Virus record (IMG/VR): IMGVR_UViG_3300037722_000865
Location: 1 to 25,211 of that record
Length of the DNA: 25,211 bases
Source: a virus
Lineage: Duplodnaviria > Caudoviricetes
Strand: one strand, 5' to 3'
The notes beneath the pieces are model-generated. The model made no database searches. It was given only the letters and a program-made list of their open reading frames with translations, and had not been told where the DNA came from. The stretch's first letter is position 1, and the number at the start of each line of letters is the position of its first letter. A program made the position numbers and the translations under genes. Positions 7,324-17,328 of the stretch are shown here, piece after piece.

Positions 7324-9462
7324 TTATTCCGCTGGGAACCATGTCGGAATGACAAAGAACTCTTTTATAAATTTGTCGTAAAGGTTTGATGTGTGAGTCA
7401 CACCAAGATGCACTGCCGCGTTGTTTTTAATTCTGTATTGGTAAACTTGCAAAATCTCCACAACCGAATCCCCAGGGTCGCAGGTGTGCCGATAGAAGAG
7501 CAAAAGCGTGTCGCCATCGGCTTCAATATCGAAAAATCGCTGATTCGTCTCTGATAATGTATAAGGGCTTGGCGGGGTAGGCATGCCCACATCAATATTA
7601 AACGTCCAGGAGCCACCACCTGACGGATGGACGTGGATAAGGGTTGCGTCTGTTGCCCCGTCCATCCACGCTATCCAGCCGTTGCCGACCGCCATCCTGA
7701 GACGCGGAGATGTAGCGTTGTCTACAAGTGTCCCTGCGTAGTTTAGGCTCTTATCAAACAGGCAAATCCTATCAATGGGCGTTCCGTACGAGTCATTGCC
7801 AAGCGAAGATCCAAGGATTGCAATATAATCGTCATTTACGCCAATCTTTCGAGGGGTTTCAGTAATCCCCAAATGAGCAACGGAATCAGGGCCACTGGCT
7901 GCCCACGGTGGCGGGTTGTCTACGAATTCAAGGAATCCATTTTCCGTTCCGCCATCGGCAATATAGGCTGCCATATTATCTACTGCAGAATATTCACCTA
8001 GGTACACTTCGTTTTTTTCCCCAGTACTTTTATTGATCCGATAAAGGACCCCATAAAAAAACAAGGGACCTTGTTGGGATGAAATCCTGTAAGGCGAGTC
8101 GAAAGCGTACGGATCTGGGATGCTAGCAAACCGCCAATATCTATATGGGTCAATACTCGGAAAGCCGTAAGCCCACCATAATGACGGCCGTCTGATTGTG
8201 ACTTTCCCCACGAAATACGTATGGGTTTCAGTTTCTGCAACAGAGGTGACCGAGGGTTCTGTGTCTGCCACAAGGTAGCTCGGACTCCATGGTTCCTGTC
8301 CAACAGCAGGGAATCCTGAGACAGCGAACGCTGGCCCATTTGTTAATGTGCCGTGGACTTCTGCTATATCGTAACGCTCATCATCCACCCCATCCTGATC
8401 GTATAGGTGCCATAGGTCTATAACGGTCGGCTCTAGCCCATATCTTGCTTTTGATCCGGCTGGTCTGACCGGTGACGACGTCGAATTGTCTGGTGCCGTA
8501 AACGTTTCATAGTTCCAGTCTGTTGTGTTGTTTCTTGGCGTGAAGCGTGAATAGACTTTTTGCGAGGTGCATGGGCGAGGTTCTTTGACAAACCCTATAA
8601 CGTTCGAATTCTCCCATTCCCGGCCTGTAAAAGCGACGATTACATGGTCATCAACTTCAAACGCGGTGCCGTTGCAATTCATGTAATTAAAGCCAGCCAA
8701 AACCGTTGGCGCCTGGTTAACGTCGAGCGACTGTTGTGTACTAAAAACTGGATCAAGCTCAACCGTGCAAGTGTCGCCGTCAGTCTCTGTAATGATTCCG
8801 GTTCTATAGCGCGGTGTCCATTTAGCCGTGGCGGGCAAAAGTGCATGCGAATAAAACGCAGCCTCTGGCGTCATCATGGTCGTCGGCAGCAGCTTCCCAT
8901 CGGCGACACTGTTGTAGATAGCCAGCTCGCCGCTGGTTCCAGCCGGACGGATGATGGAAACGGGGCTGTCAACCTTACCTGGCAGACCACCAGAAACCAA
9001 GCCGAGCTCGATCGTCCCCACTTCACCGGTCAGACCCGTATTATAATCAGCACACCAAATATCAAGCGTCTCTGGTTCGTTTTCGTAGATATCAAAAAGG
9101 ATGCCGAGGCGCCTCTGGATCGACGCCCGATCAAGTTGCACCTGGTTGATCTGTGCTGTTAAGCCGTCCACAACTTTTCTTTGGTTTCTCAGATAACGCG
9201 TGCCGGTATCAACAAGGGCTTTGTACTCTTCTGTTGGATGAGCTGCGTAAATACCGATGGATGCATCAAGCTCGTCGGCATATTGCTCAAGCAAGACCTG
9301 CTCGGCGTCCAGCGATGCAGAGAGCTCCGCGGCAGTGGTATTGAGCACGACGATCTTTGCCTCAAGCTGGGCTTTTTCTGCCTCATAAGCGGCCTGCCCA
9401 TGATCAAGCTCCACCTGGTAGAAGCCCTCGCCATATTCTGATTTTATGATCGCCTTAGCCAT
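7324..9462 (-). CDS. Tail tip/central fibre protein with N-terminal coiled coil and divergent C-terminal domain
   Basis: Probable start ATG 9462; coiled-coil heptads, WCADY, KWTPRYRTG, YMNCNGTAF, VIGF..PRPC; last gene of the tip cluster after the tape measure. Confidence 0.7.
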   Translation of the reverse strand: MAKAIIKSEYGEGFYQVELDHGQAAYEAEKAQLEAKIVVLNTTAAELSASLDAEQVLLEQYADELDASIGIYAAHPTEEYKALVDTGTRYLRNQRKVVDGLTAQINQVQLDRASIQRRLGILFDIYENEPETLDIWCADYNTGLTGEVGTIELGLVSGGLPGKVDSPVSIIRPAGTSGELAIYNSVADGKLLPTTMMTPEAAFYSHALLPATAKWTPRYRTGIITETDGDTCTVELDPVFSTQQSLDVNQAPTVLAGFNYMNCNGTAFEVDDHVIVAFTGREWENSNVIGFVKEPRPCTSQKVYSRFTPRNNTTDWNYETFTAPDNSTSSPVRPAGSKARYGLEPTVIDLWHLYDQDGVDDERYDIAEVHGTLTNGPAFAVSGFPAVGQEPWSPSYLVADTEPSVTSVAETETHTYFVGKVTIRRPSLWWAYGFPSIDPYRYWRFASIPDPYAFDSPYRISSQQGPLFFYGVLYRINKSTGEKNEVYLGEYSAVDNMAAYIADGGTENGFLEFVDNPPPWAASGPDSVAHLGITETPRKIGVNDDYIAILGSSLGNDSYGTPIDRICLFDKSLNYAGTLVDNATSPRLRMAVGNGWIAWMDGATDATLIHVHPSGGGSWTFNIDVGMPTPPSPYTLSETNQRFFDIEADGDTLLLFYRHTCDPGDSVVEILQVYQYRIKNNAAVHLGVTHTSNLYDKFIKEFFVIPTWFPAE

Positions 9463-10525
9463 TGTCTGCCTCTGTGATTTCCGCAAATTCCCCGCGAGCA
9501 GAAACCATATAGGTCAGCATGCCGACGATTATAGACTCGCCGTTCGCGACAGCCGTATCGCCCGGGCGCAGGTTGAAATCAATGCTGGCGCGAAACCGGC
9601 GGCGGGTGGTCCCTGAGTGCCTAAAAGTCACATTCTGCAAAGCAATAACCTTTGGTGCGTCATTTGTATAAGTCGCATGGCCCGAAAGGGTAAGACTGCG
9701 ATTATTGCCTCCGCCATCGTCAGAGATTGTTTCGAGGTCAACCTGAATTAAGTCGAAATATTGGGTGCTGCCATCGGCGAACTTAGCCCCCCGCTCAAGT
9801 TTAAGAACACCCGATGATCTGGATGCTACCCCGTCTGCATAAACCAACCCGTCAGGAACGACCACGGACAGATAGGACTGGCTGCCGTTTCTATATCGCA
9901 ACTGGATAGACGAGACCGGAAGAACCAGGGCCGTCTCCTCTATCAACGAGCAGCGATAAACGATAGTGGAAGGGATGGACGGACTGGCGTTCAAAGAGTA
10001 AAGGGGGGCAACCGGCGAAAAGTTAAAGTTAATACTCGGCACTTCTATTTCAGTCGGACCAACCCCAAACAGCTTAAGCTCGTAAATAACAACCGCGTTG
10101 AAATAGCTGGAAAACCCAACTTTCCAATCGGTAATGTTGAGCCGGTATTTTGAGTAAAATCCCGGAGCGGCAACATCACCCTCCCAGTTCTGCATTCCTG
10201 CGGGCGAAAGGTCTCGAGAATCAACCACAACCCATGCGTCGCCATCCCAGCCCCACAATTCCCAAACTACCGGGAAATTTTCTCCGAAAGAGTTAGTATA
10301 CTCATAATGGACAACTTTCTGCGGTTCTGGGAAATCGTATTGCAACCAATGCGGTGGAACTTTTTCTTGGGTTGTGAAATCGCCATTACTCCATGTGTAG
10401 CCCCCGGCATCGTTTCCGTCAAAAGCCCTCCATGCATAATAAGGGGCGGGCTGGGCGTCAGCAGACACAACGCCTGACGGGGCTATATTGCTGGTCATGT
10501 TTGGTGTGAGCTTGACAAAGGCCAT
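9455..10525 (-). CDS. Tail protein with N-terminal discoidin/F5-8 type C-like domain
   Basis: Probable start ATG 10525 (TGATG overlap); AWRAFDG, HWLQYDF, YRLNIT and IYELKLFG match the discoidin-like pattern. Confidence 0.65.
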   Translation of the reverse strand: MAFVKLTPNMTSNIAPSGVVSADAQPAPYYAWRAFDGNDAGGYTWSNGDFTTQEKVPPHWLQYDFPEPQKVVHYEYTNSFGENFPVVWELWGWDGDAWVVVDSRDLSPAGMQNWEGDVAAPGFYSKYRLNITDWKVGFSSYFNAVVIYELKLFGVGPTEIEVPSINFNFSPVAPLYSLNASPSIPSTIVYRCSLIEETALVLPVSSIQLRYRNGSQSYLSVVVPDGLVYADGVASRSSGVLKLERGAKFADGSTQYFDLIQVDLETISDDGGGNNRSLTLSGHATYTNDAPKVIALQNVTFRHSGTTRRRFRASIDFNLRPGDTAVANGESIIVGMLTYMVSARGEFAEITEADNG

Positions 10526-10941
10526 CAGACCAAGACTCCGGTTGCGGTCCACACATGGGTGAAGTCAATAAGATTGACGGAAACATCATCAGGTGTGTCG
10601 TCATAGAGATAATAGAACAAGACCGGGTTGACTTTGCCGTCAAGGGTCCCGCTGATGTAGACCACCCCGTAACGGAAAGTCAGCGTTGCTTCTGCCCAGG
10701 TCACGTCCGTTGCGTCAACGGATCCATCGGCAGCGACGGAAACACCTGCAACGGTTGCGCCGCCAGCTGTGTAATTGCCGGTGGCTGCAATTTCATTTGC
10801 AGAGATATCTGCCCATATCGTGTGTGCAGCCGAGGGGACATAGTCGCTTGACACGAGGGCAAGTTTTAAGGCCAGACCATCGAGGCCATGCTTCCTGATG
10901 AGCTGCTTGGCCTGGGCAAACGCTGTGGCGGTCGCTGGCAT
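10525..10941 (-). CDS. Phage virion structural protein
   Basis: 138 aa; LKLALV, GNYTAGG, DVTW and RYGVVY pattern of small tail proteins; gene order. Confidence 0.65.
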   Translation of the reverse strand: MPATATAFAQAKQLIRKHGLDGLALKLALVSSDYVPSAAHTIWADISANEIAATGNYTAGGATVAGVSVAADGSVDATDVTWAEATLTFRYGVVYISGTLDGKVNPVLFYYLYDDTPDDVSVNLIDFTHVWTATGVLV

Positions 10942-10944
10942 GCT

Positions 10945-11298
10945 TTAGTCCTCCGTAAGTTTTTCTTTAACTAGATAAGTAATCGAAAGCTCACCGTTGC
11001 GCAGTGCCAGCGATGCGACCGCGCCCAAAAACACACCCTCATAATTTGCGAGTATGAGATACGGATAATTTCGATGGAGATAGCTTGCTTTTTCAATCAG
11101 CTCACGGGTTGCGTTTTTGATTTTTATCTGGAAGGTTCGGTCCCCATGAGCATAGCCCATGTCGGAGATCGCGACGCCGCCGTCGAGGGTCGCTGTGCGC
11201 GAAACGCGGCGGGATTCAGAAACCATGTTGCTGGTGGCGTCTTCCTGGATGAGTAGCGGCCCAACGATATCAAACGTGGGTGGCGAGATCGAAACCAT
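10945..11298 (-). CDS. Distal tail (Dit-like) protein
   Basis: Directly after the tape measure; RRVSRTATLDGG motif. Confidence 0.6.
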   Translation of the reverse strand: MVSISPPTFDIVGPLLIQEDATSNMVSESRRVSRTATLDGGVAISDMGYAHGDRTFQIKIKNATRELIEKASYLHRNYPYLILANYEGVFLGAVASLALRNGELSITYLVKEKLTED

Positions 11299-11312
11299 AG
11301 AAATCTCCAGGG

Positions 11313-14045
11313 TTAACTAACCAGTAAAAAGTCGGCTTGAGACTCAACCAGGCGCACCTGCACTTCTTCGAGAATCTCGGAAAAAATCAGCTCAAGATGA
11401 GGCTTGAGCCCATCCGCTTGCACCGTAATTAAGGAGCCGCCGGTGCGTATTTGATCGTTCCGTAGCTCCATCTGTTCGATCTGCAATTCATTTAATTTGT
11501 GTTGATCCTTTGCCGCCTGGTCGCGAATATCATTTTCCTTTTCAAGCTGGTCTTGAATCGCCCAGCGATCGGAAAAACTACCGGCATCGCCGAGCAATCC
11601 AAAAAGCGTGCCGATGTTGTCGCTGGTCTCGGAAATGGTGTTGTTGATCGAGGCGAACATGGCGTCAACTTTTTGGGCCTCGGCTTCGATGTTGGCGATT
11701 TTGATATCAACCGCCAGCTCCATTGAGCGGATGCGCTCATCAGAGGCCAGCTCAAGAAGTTTCAGGGTGGTCGCTTCGGTTTGCTCTTCGACCTTTTTCA
11801 AGCCCTCTGTCGTTTTCTCGGTGCCAACATCAAGCGCAGCCATCGCCGCTGCAACCGCAGGAGTGTTGCCCTGCAGCTCGTAATAAGCAGCGGCGGCGTT
11901 TCTGGCCGCTTGTTTGTTCGCATCAAGGGAGCCCGTCGCATTGCCGACAGTCCCCTTGAGGTTTCCTAGCTCATCAACCAAATCGCTATTGCTGGCACTC
12001 CAGTCCCAGTTTGCGTCTTTGGCTGCTTTAACCTCGGCGTTATAATCCCTGGTTTTTGTAATAACTTTTTCGTATTCTCCGGTTTGCTTGTTCAGCGCAA
12101 TCGCGCCATCGTTTAGGAGTTGATGAAAATCTTTCGAACTGGTGATGGCGTAGCCGGTCTGTTTGGAGATCTCTGCGTACTTATCAGCCAGGGCCTGGGT
12201 GGCGACTGCGCCGCGCTGCAGCGAGCCTTCCAATTCTCCTTCGGCGTCGCGCCAGCCGTTAAATGCCAATACCGCCCGCACGACCTCGGTACCGGCCAGG
12301 GTTGCAACGATCGCCAACAAGCCGGCCGGGCCGGTCAGGGTGGTAATCAGAGACCCGGCACCTGCGGCGACATTGGCGAGAGCCGTCGTTAAGCCACCTG
12401 CGCCGGTGATGGCCCGCACCAGGCTGGCGCTGGCAAAGATATTCAGCGCGCTGGAGATGCCGCCAATCGACCCCATTACCGCATCGAGCGGGCCGGTCAG
12501 TTGATTGATGATCGCCAGAAAACCGGTCAGCTCCCCGGCTGATTTTTGCGACCCGTCTTCCAGGTCGTTGAAGCTTTTTGCCCAGTCGACCAGAGTCTTG
12601 ATGACCGGTCCGGCTCCGGAGACGATCCCGGAAGAAAAGCGAGTCAAACCCTCAACCGAATCAACAACCGCCTGAATGGCTTTAGTCAGGCCGGATGCAG
12701 AAGTCAAATCGACGCCCTCAAAGAGGTTGGAGATGCTTTTGCCGAGATCGCGAAAAGACTCGAGTAACCCTTTCAGGTCAACATTTTTCATTGCGGCCGG
12801 CAAGGCCTCTGCCATTGCCTGCAAAAACTCTGCGGCGCGAGCTGCCTGGGCGTTGAGCTCATCGAAGACCGGGTCAAATGCGCCAGCGTCGATACTGATC
12901 GAGAGCCCCTGAAAGATCGCGACGATGCCGTCGGCCAGATCGCGATAGCTGCCGAGCAGCGGCGTGCCGAAATCGATCATGGTGGCGCGGGCGTTGTTGA
13001 TGACGTTCTGGTTGGCCAGGGCGATATTATCCGCCATCTTTTTATAGGCAGCGTCGGTGGCGCCGGTGGCGTTCTGCATGTCGGCCAGGGCTCTGGCAAA
13101 GGTGCCAGACGAATCAGCGCCGAGGATGAGCGCAGCATTCAGCGCCTCAGTGCTGCCGAACAGCTTGCCCATCTGCTCAACGTTGCCGCCGGTGGTTTTG
13201 TAGATCTTCGCCATCATGCCATCCAGGCCCAGGGTCTCCAAGGCGGTGGCATTAAACTTGATACCGAGCAGCTCGGCGGTTTCGGAAGCGTCCTTGGTCG
13301 GCTTGATGATGTTACTGATCACCGCTTTCAGCCCGGTGATCGCTTCCGAGGTCGGCGCGCCGCTGGCGGTGATCGCCGCGATCGCCGAGCCGAGGGTTTC
13401 CATGGGCACCCCGGCGGCGGCGGCGATACCGGTGACTTTGGAAAGGTTGGTGGCCAACTCGGGGATGGTGGTCTTGCCGTCGCGCACGATGGTGAAAAAG
13501 ATATCGCTGTACTTTCCAGCCTGGTCGACATCCGCGCCGTAGGCGTTGAGCGTACCGGAGAGCAGCTCGGTGGCCGAGGCCAGTCCCGCCTTGCCGCCGA
13601 TGGCTAGCTTCTCAGCGGTGGCCACGGCATCGAGCGCCTGGGTGTAATCGGCGCCAAACGAGATCGCCTGATAGACGGCGTCGTTGATTTCCTCAAAGGC
13701 AAATTTGCTGTCGCGGGAATAATCGAGCAGGCCATCCTTGAAGGTGGCCAGCTCGGCGTCGGTGGCGGTGACAAGTGTTGAGATCTCGGCGAACGAATCA
13801 GAAAACTTACCAGCCTGGTTGACGGCCATAGTCACCATGGCGGCACCGGCTGCAGCGATCGCGGCCTCGGCCTTCAGGGCAAACCCGGCCAGATCGGCAA
13901 ACGGTGAGGTGATATCGGCAACCGACTGATTCAGGCCAGAGACCTTGCTGCCGAAATCATCCAGATGGCCACCAAGCGAGGCCATCACATGGCTGGCCTG
14001 GTCATCCCCCTTAAAAATCAGTTTTGCGGTTTTTTCCAGGCTCAT
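11313..14045 (-). CDS. Tail tape measure protein (TP901-like core)
   Basis: 910 aa, Ala/Gly-rich helical; GKTTIPELA and LFGSTEA motifs; follows the frameshifted chaperone. Confidence 0.93.
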   Translation of the reverse strand: MSLEKTAKLIFKGDDQASHVMASLGGHLDDFGSKVSGLNQSVADITSPFADLAGFALKAEAAIAAAGAAMVTMAVNQAGKFSDSFAEISTLVTATDAELATFKDGLLDYSRDSKFAFEEINDAVYQAISFGADYTQALDAVATAEKLAIGGKAGLASATELLSGTLNAYGADVDQAGKYSDIFFTIVRDGKTTIPELATNLSKVTGIAAAAGVPMETLGSAIAAITASGAPTSEAITGLKAVISNIIKPTKDASETAELLGIKFNATALETLGLDGMMAKIYKTTGGNVEQMGKLFGSTEALNAALILGADSSGTFARALADMQNATGATDAAYKKMADNIALANQNVINNARATMIDFGTPLLGSYRDLADGIVAIFQGLSISIDAGAFDPVFDELNAQAARAAEFLQAMAEALPAAMKNVDLKGLLESFRDLGKSISNLFEGVDLTSASGLTKAIQAVVDSVEGLTRFSSGIVSGAGPVIKTLVDWAKSFNDLEDGSQKSAGELTGFLAIINQLTGPLDAVMGSIGGISSALNIFASASLVRAITGAGGLTTALANVAAGAGSLITTLTGPAGLLAIVATLAGTEVVRAVLAFNGWRDAEGELEGSLQRGAVATQALADKYAEISKQTGYAITSSKDFHQLLNDGAIALNKQTGEYEKVITKTRDYNAEVKAAKDANWDWSASNSDLVDELGNLKGTVGNATGSLDANKQAARNAAAAYYELQGNTPAVAAAMAALDVGTEKTTEGLKKVEEQTEATTLKLLELASDERIRSMELAVDIKIANIEAEAQKVDAMFASINNTISETSDNIGTLFGLLGDAGSFSDRWAIQDQLEKENDIRDQAAKDQHKLNELQIEQMELRNDQIRTGGSLITVQADGLKPHLELIFSEILEEVQVRLVESQADFLLVS

Positions 14046-14054
14046 CAGCCCACC

Positions 14055-14222
14055 TTACTTTTTGTCGGCGTAGTATTTATTCCAGAGCTCAATCTCTGTA
14101 TTCACCAGGCGGTTGTAGGGGAAGAGATCCGGCAGCAGCTCAAAGAGGTAGCTGCCGCGCGCATGGCCCAGGCTCAGGGCGACTTGGACTCTTGCGTCGC
14201 TCCAGAGCCTGGCAACTTTCCC
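14055..14222 (-). CDS. -1 frameshift extension of chaperone (gpGT analog, about 197 aa in total)
   Basis: GGGAAAG at 14222-14216; the -1 frame is open for 53 codons (VARLWSD...WNKYYADKK) to TAA at 14057-14055. Confidence 0.85.
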   Translation of the reverse strand, partial: GKVARLWSDARVQVALSLGHARGSYLFELLPDLFPYNRLVNTEIELWNKYYADKK

Positions 14223-14647
14223 GGATCGGAGCCCTCGCCGGTCAGGTTGAGGATGATGTTGGTCAGGTTGTAAAAGGGTGTCGGGTAATGCCGGGCGAAT
14301 TTGATGACGGTCTCACGGTCGAGGACCGGCTGCATGCAGCCAAAGGCCAGCACATCAAAGCGCTTGATCAGATCCACCGGCATATCTCCGGCGATGCCAA
14401 GCGCGGTGCGGATCGCGGTGATCTGCTCCTTATGGTCCGGCGAGACCAGTCCGGCGGTGATCGCTTCGAGCTTGCTGGCCTTCTCGGCCGACTCACGCAC
14501 CGCGGCGAACTCTTCGGCACTAAGATTGCGCAGGGTAAAGACCGGCTTCTCGCCAGCATCGAAAAACGCCTGCAGCTCAGCAACCTCAACCTCGCGGGTG
14601 CGGGGTTTAAAATTCGCGTTGTTAAACTTTTTGATATCGAAGGCCAC
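14174..14647 (-). CDS. Tail assembly chaperone (gpG analog)
   Basis: GTG start with AGGAG; between tube and tape measure; slippery site G GGA AAG near the 3' end. Confidence 0.85.
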   Translation of the reverse strand: MAFDIKKFNNANFKPRTREVEVAELQAFFDAGEKPVFTLRNLSAEEFAAVRESAEKASKLEAITAGLVSPDHKEQITAIRTALGIAGDMPVDLIKRFDVLAFGCMQPVLDRETVIKFARHYPTPFYNLTNIILNLTGEGSDPGKLPGSGATQESKSP

Positions 14648-14662
14648 GGTTAACTCCTGGTA

Positions 14663-14725
14663 GCTGGGGACTGGGGACTAGAGACTGGTTAAGGCTTTAC
14701 CAGCCCCCAGCCTCCAGCCCCCAGC
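14663..14725 (-). repeat. Inverted heptamer-repeat array forming a 26-bp RNA hairpin
   Basis: CTGGGGA-like units (14663-14688) facing CCAGCCC-like units (14700-14725). Confidence 0.75.
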
Positions 14726-14733
14726 AGCCGTTC

Positions 14734-15762
14734 TTAGCTGGTAAATTCTACCGATGCCGATTCGGCCGAGATGGTGACAGACGCCTGAATCTGGTTCGAC
14801 ACCGGGAAGGTGCGGCTGATGCCGATTTTCCCCTGGGTGATAATGTGCGCGGCCTGATTACGGTCCGGGAAGTATTTAACGGTAAGCACCTGGTTCTTGT
14901 CGGCAACCAGAGAATCCGCAACGCCGTTGGTCAACAGCGCCGTGAACCCGCCCTGGCCGAGAGATTCGGAAGTCGAGCCGACCGAACCGCCATAAAACTG
15001 CTGGCTGGAAACGCTGTGGCTGATCTCTGCCGGTACGAAATCGAGGGTTTTCTGCACGGCCGCATAAACCGGGGTGTAATATTGCGCATACACGCGCTTG
15101 GGCACAGCACCGGTGTGAGCCAAAGGTAAAGCGGCGGAGAGCTTCACATGGGCGTTGGTCTCGGCGCTGGTCTCGGCGCTCGATCCATCCCCTACATTTT
15201 TCACGTCAAACGCCGGATAATCGAAGCGCTCGGCGTGCTGACCAACCACCTGAAAAATCTCGTCAGCGGTGATGGCGGCAGCGGTGTTGCCAGCCATGCG
15301 CACCTGAAACAGCTCAACCGAATCAACCGCGATCAGCGGCGGGCCACCGGCGGCGCCGCGTACTTCGCTGAAGGTAGCGTCTTCGCCGTCAACCCCGGCG
15401 ACAACGGCGATCGCGCCGGTCTCGTCCATGGTCACACTGTTGATCTTGGAAACGTCGGTGGCCGCCCGCGTGATCGCCACATCGACATCCGCAGCAACAG
15501 CATGCTCGACCCCCTTGCTGTAAGCAGAGAAGGCCGCAACATCAACCACATCGTTGCTGCCGCTGGTGGCCACCGAGCCGAGGTTGCGGCCGGAGACGAT
15601 GCCGTTCGGGCGGATCGTCGGCGCCTTGCCGGACTTGCCGGAAAAAACCTTATCCCCGGCGGCGGGGGTAAAAACCTGATGGTCTCCAGCGTCGATCATC
15701 ACCGCGAAAGCGACCAGCGCCTGCCCTTGTTCAATTTGTACTTGCGAGTTTTCAGCATTCAT
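14734..15762 (-). CDS. Probable major tail (tube) protein
   Basis: 342 aa; AAGGAG site; position between terminator-like gene and chaperone. Confidence 0.7.
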   Translation of the reverse strand: MNAENSQVQIEQGQALVAFAVMIDAGDHQVFTPAAGDKVFSGKSGKAPTIRPNGIVSGRNLGSVATSGSNDVVDVAAFSAYSKGVEHAVAADVDVAITRAATDVSKINSVTMDETGAIAVVAGVDGEDATFSEVRGAAGGPPLIAVDSVELFQVRMAGNTAAAITADEIFQVVGQHAERFDYPAFDVKNVGDGSSAETSAETNAHVKLSAALPLAHTGAVPKRVYAQYYTPVYAAVQKTLDFVPAEISHSVSSQQFYGGSVGSTSESLGQGGFTALLTNGVADSLVADKNQVLTVKYFPDRNQAAHIITQGKIGISRTFPVSNQIQASVTISAESASVEFTS

Positions 15763-15799
15763 GAGTTTTTCTCCTTTTGGTTATGGCGCGACGCAGTCG

Positions 15800-16261
15800 T
15801 TAAAGCGTCCAGTTCGGGACCTGATAAGTGATTTTTACGGGAATCGAGAACCCGGCTTCGCTATCGTCAAACAGTTGCACATCGAGGTTGGCACTTTCCA
15901 GCACGGTCGACTCGGCCAACCCGCCCCAGTAGGGATCACTGCCGATCGCCGCGAGCACGTCTCGAGCGGCCTGCTCGGCTTTGCTGCCGTCGTCGTTTCG
16001 GTACAGACAATCGATCGTCACCACCACGCCGTACTCGGTAAAGCCTCCGGCGATCGCTGTGGCTGTTGCCTCACCGTCAATCACGTTAAGCGCTTCGGTT
16101 TCAGTCGCATCGAGGGGTTCAACCCGGCGCAGAAAAACCGCATCGCCAATAGCGGATGCGCACACATAAACATCGCCATTTACGCTAAACTCAACCCCAA
16201 CGGCGATTGTCTTGAATCTGGTTTCCATCGCGCTGAGGATTTGTTTACGGCGTGAGCTCAT
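15800..16261 (-). CDS. Tail terminator/completion protein (gpU-like)
   Basis: 153 aa, acidic; SRRKQIL at the N-terminus and DPYWGGLA; directly upstream of the tube gene. Confidence 0.65.
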   Translation of the reverse strand: MSSRRKQILSAMETRFKTIAVGVEFSVNGDVYVCASAIGDAVFLRRVEPLDATETEALNVIDGEATATAIAGGFTEYGVVVTIDCLYRNDDGSKAEQAARDVLAAIGSDPYWGGLAESTVLESANLDVQLFDDSEAGFSIPVKITYQVPNWTL

Positions 16262-16264
16262 CGG

Positions 16265-16705
16265 TTACACTCCACCCTTGCCGGTTGGGCTGTTTTTTTT
16301 GTCATAGCTGCGATAGGCTCCCAGACCGAGCATGCCGATCAGGACCTGCATGGTGATGGTGGTGTCAATCGTCGGGAATACGGCCATCGATCCGTAATAT
16401 CTGGCCAGCCAGGTCATCAGCGGTTCAAGCACGGCCACATACGCCAGGGCAAATCCACAGGTCCAGCCGATAAACGGCCGCCAGCCGGAAACAAACAGCT
16501 GCTCATTTTTAGCTTCTTCGAGATTGATCTGTGTCTGCGCCTGCATGGCTGTATTTTCCAGCTCCATCAGTCGCTGGGTGATCTCTGCCTGCTTCTCGGC
16601 CGGCAGATCTCCCGTGATCGCTTCGCGGATATCTTTGGCCAGGGTGCCAATACCGCCGAGCAAGCCCCCCACCGCGCCGCTTGAGATGCTGTTTAAAATA
16701 TTCAT
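16265..16705 (-). CDS. Holin (3TM/GTA-type family)
   Basis: GWRPFIGW and GMLGLGAYRSYDK motifs, hydrophobic segments, adjacent to endolysin. Confidence 0.85.
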   Translation of the reverse strand: MNILNSISSGAVGGLLGGIGTLAKDIREAITGDLPAEKQAEITQRLMELENTAMQAQTQINLEEAKNEQLFVSGWRPFIGWTCGFALAYVAVLEPLMTWLARYYGSMAVFPTIDTTITMQVLIGMLGLGAYRSYDKKNSPTGKGGV

Positions 16706-17328
16706 GCCTGCCTCCGGGTGTAGTAGCGGTAACGTGTCTCGATGTGCGCAACATAACCGCAGATCTGCACATGGTCGGGAGTTTTGCCTTTAACCCGGCA
16801 GCGCTCATCCGCCAGAAATGCATGAGCAAACGCCCAGGCTTGCCATTGTCCAGCGGGTCGGCCGGCCTTATTCCATGCGGTAAAAGATTTTGCCAGACCA
16901 CACGCCTCGCGGGACAACTCCAGCGCTTTGTTGATATAGCCGCGCCCGCCATTGTAGGAGGCCAGCGCAAAGCGCAGCCTTTCCGCAGGCGCCGGGATCT
17001 CCAGCAGCTTTTCGTATTGTCGTGCCAGATAGCGCACGCCGTTGTCGATGTTACCGATTACGTCCGCACCGTCGAGATCGCCATCGATCTCCAGATCGGT
17101 CGCGGGCATCAGCTGCATCAAACCAACCGCTCCAGCAGGGGAAATCGCGTTCGGGTTCATGCGGCTTTCCTGCCAGATCTGCGCTTTGACCCAGAGCCAG
17201 GCATACGGGCCGAGATCAAGCAGCAGGCTCGGGAAGAGGCGTTCAACATGGTCGTTGATGGCGAGATCGAAACGCTCTTCGTTGCTGATCATGTACCTGT
17301 GCTCCATTTGGTCTTCGTAGCTGATCAT
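16702..17328 (-). CDS. Endolysin, soluble lytic transglycosylase (SLT) family
   Basis: QES (catalytic Glu), GAVGLMQLMPAT, ALASYNGG; start at 17328 or 17292. Confidence 0.9.
   Translation of the reverse strand: MISYEDQMEHRYMISNEERFDLAINDHVERLFPSLLLDLGPYAWLWVKAQIWQESRMNPNAISPAGAVGLMQLMPATDLEIDGDLDGADVIGNIDNGVRYLARQYEKLLEIPAPAERLRFALASYNGGRGYINKALELSREACGLAKSFTAWNKAGRPAGQWQAWAFAHAFLADERCRVKGKTPDHVQICGYVAHIETRYRYYTRRQA

Noticed and set aside
6398-11298. Second DGR target (additional VR) in other tail genes
   Set aside because: No further TR-like sequence or GFRP-type C-terminus was found by eye; a BLASTN of TR against the whole genome is needed to exclude remote targets
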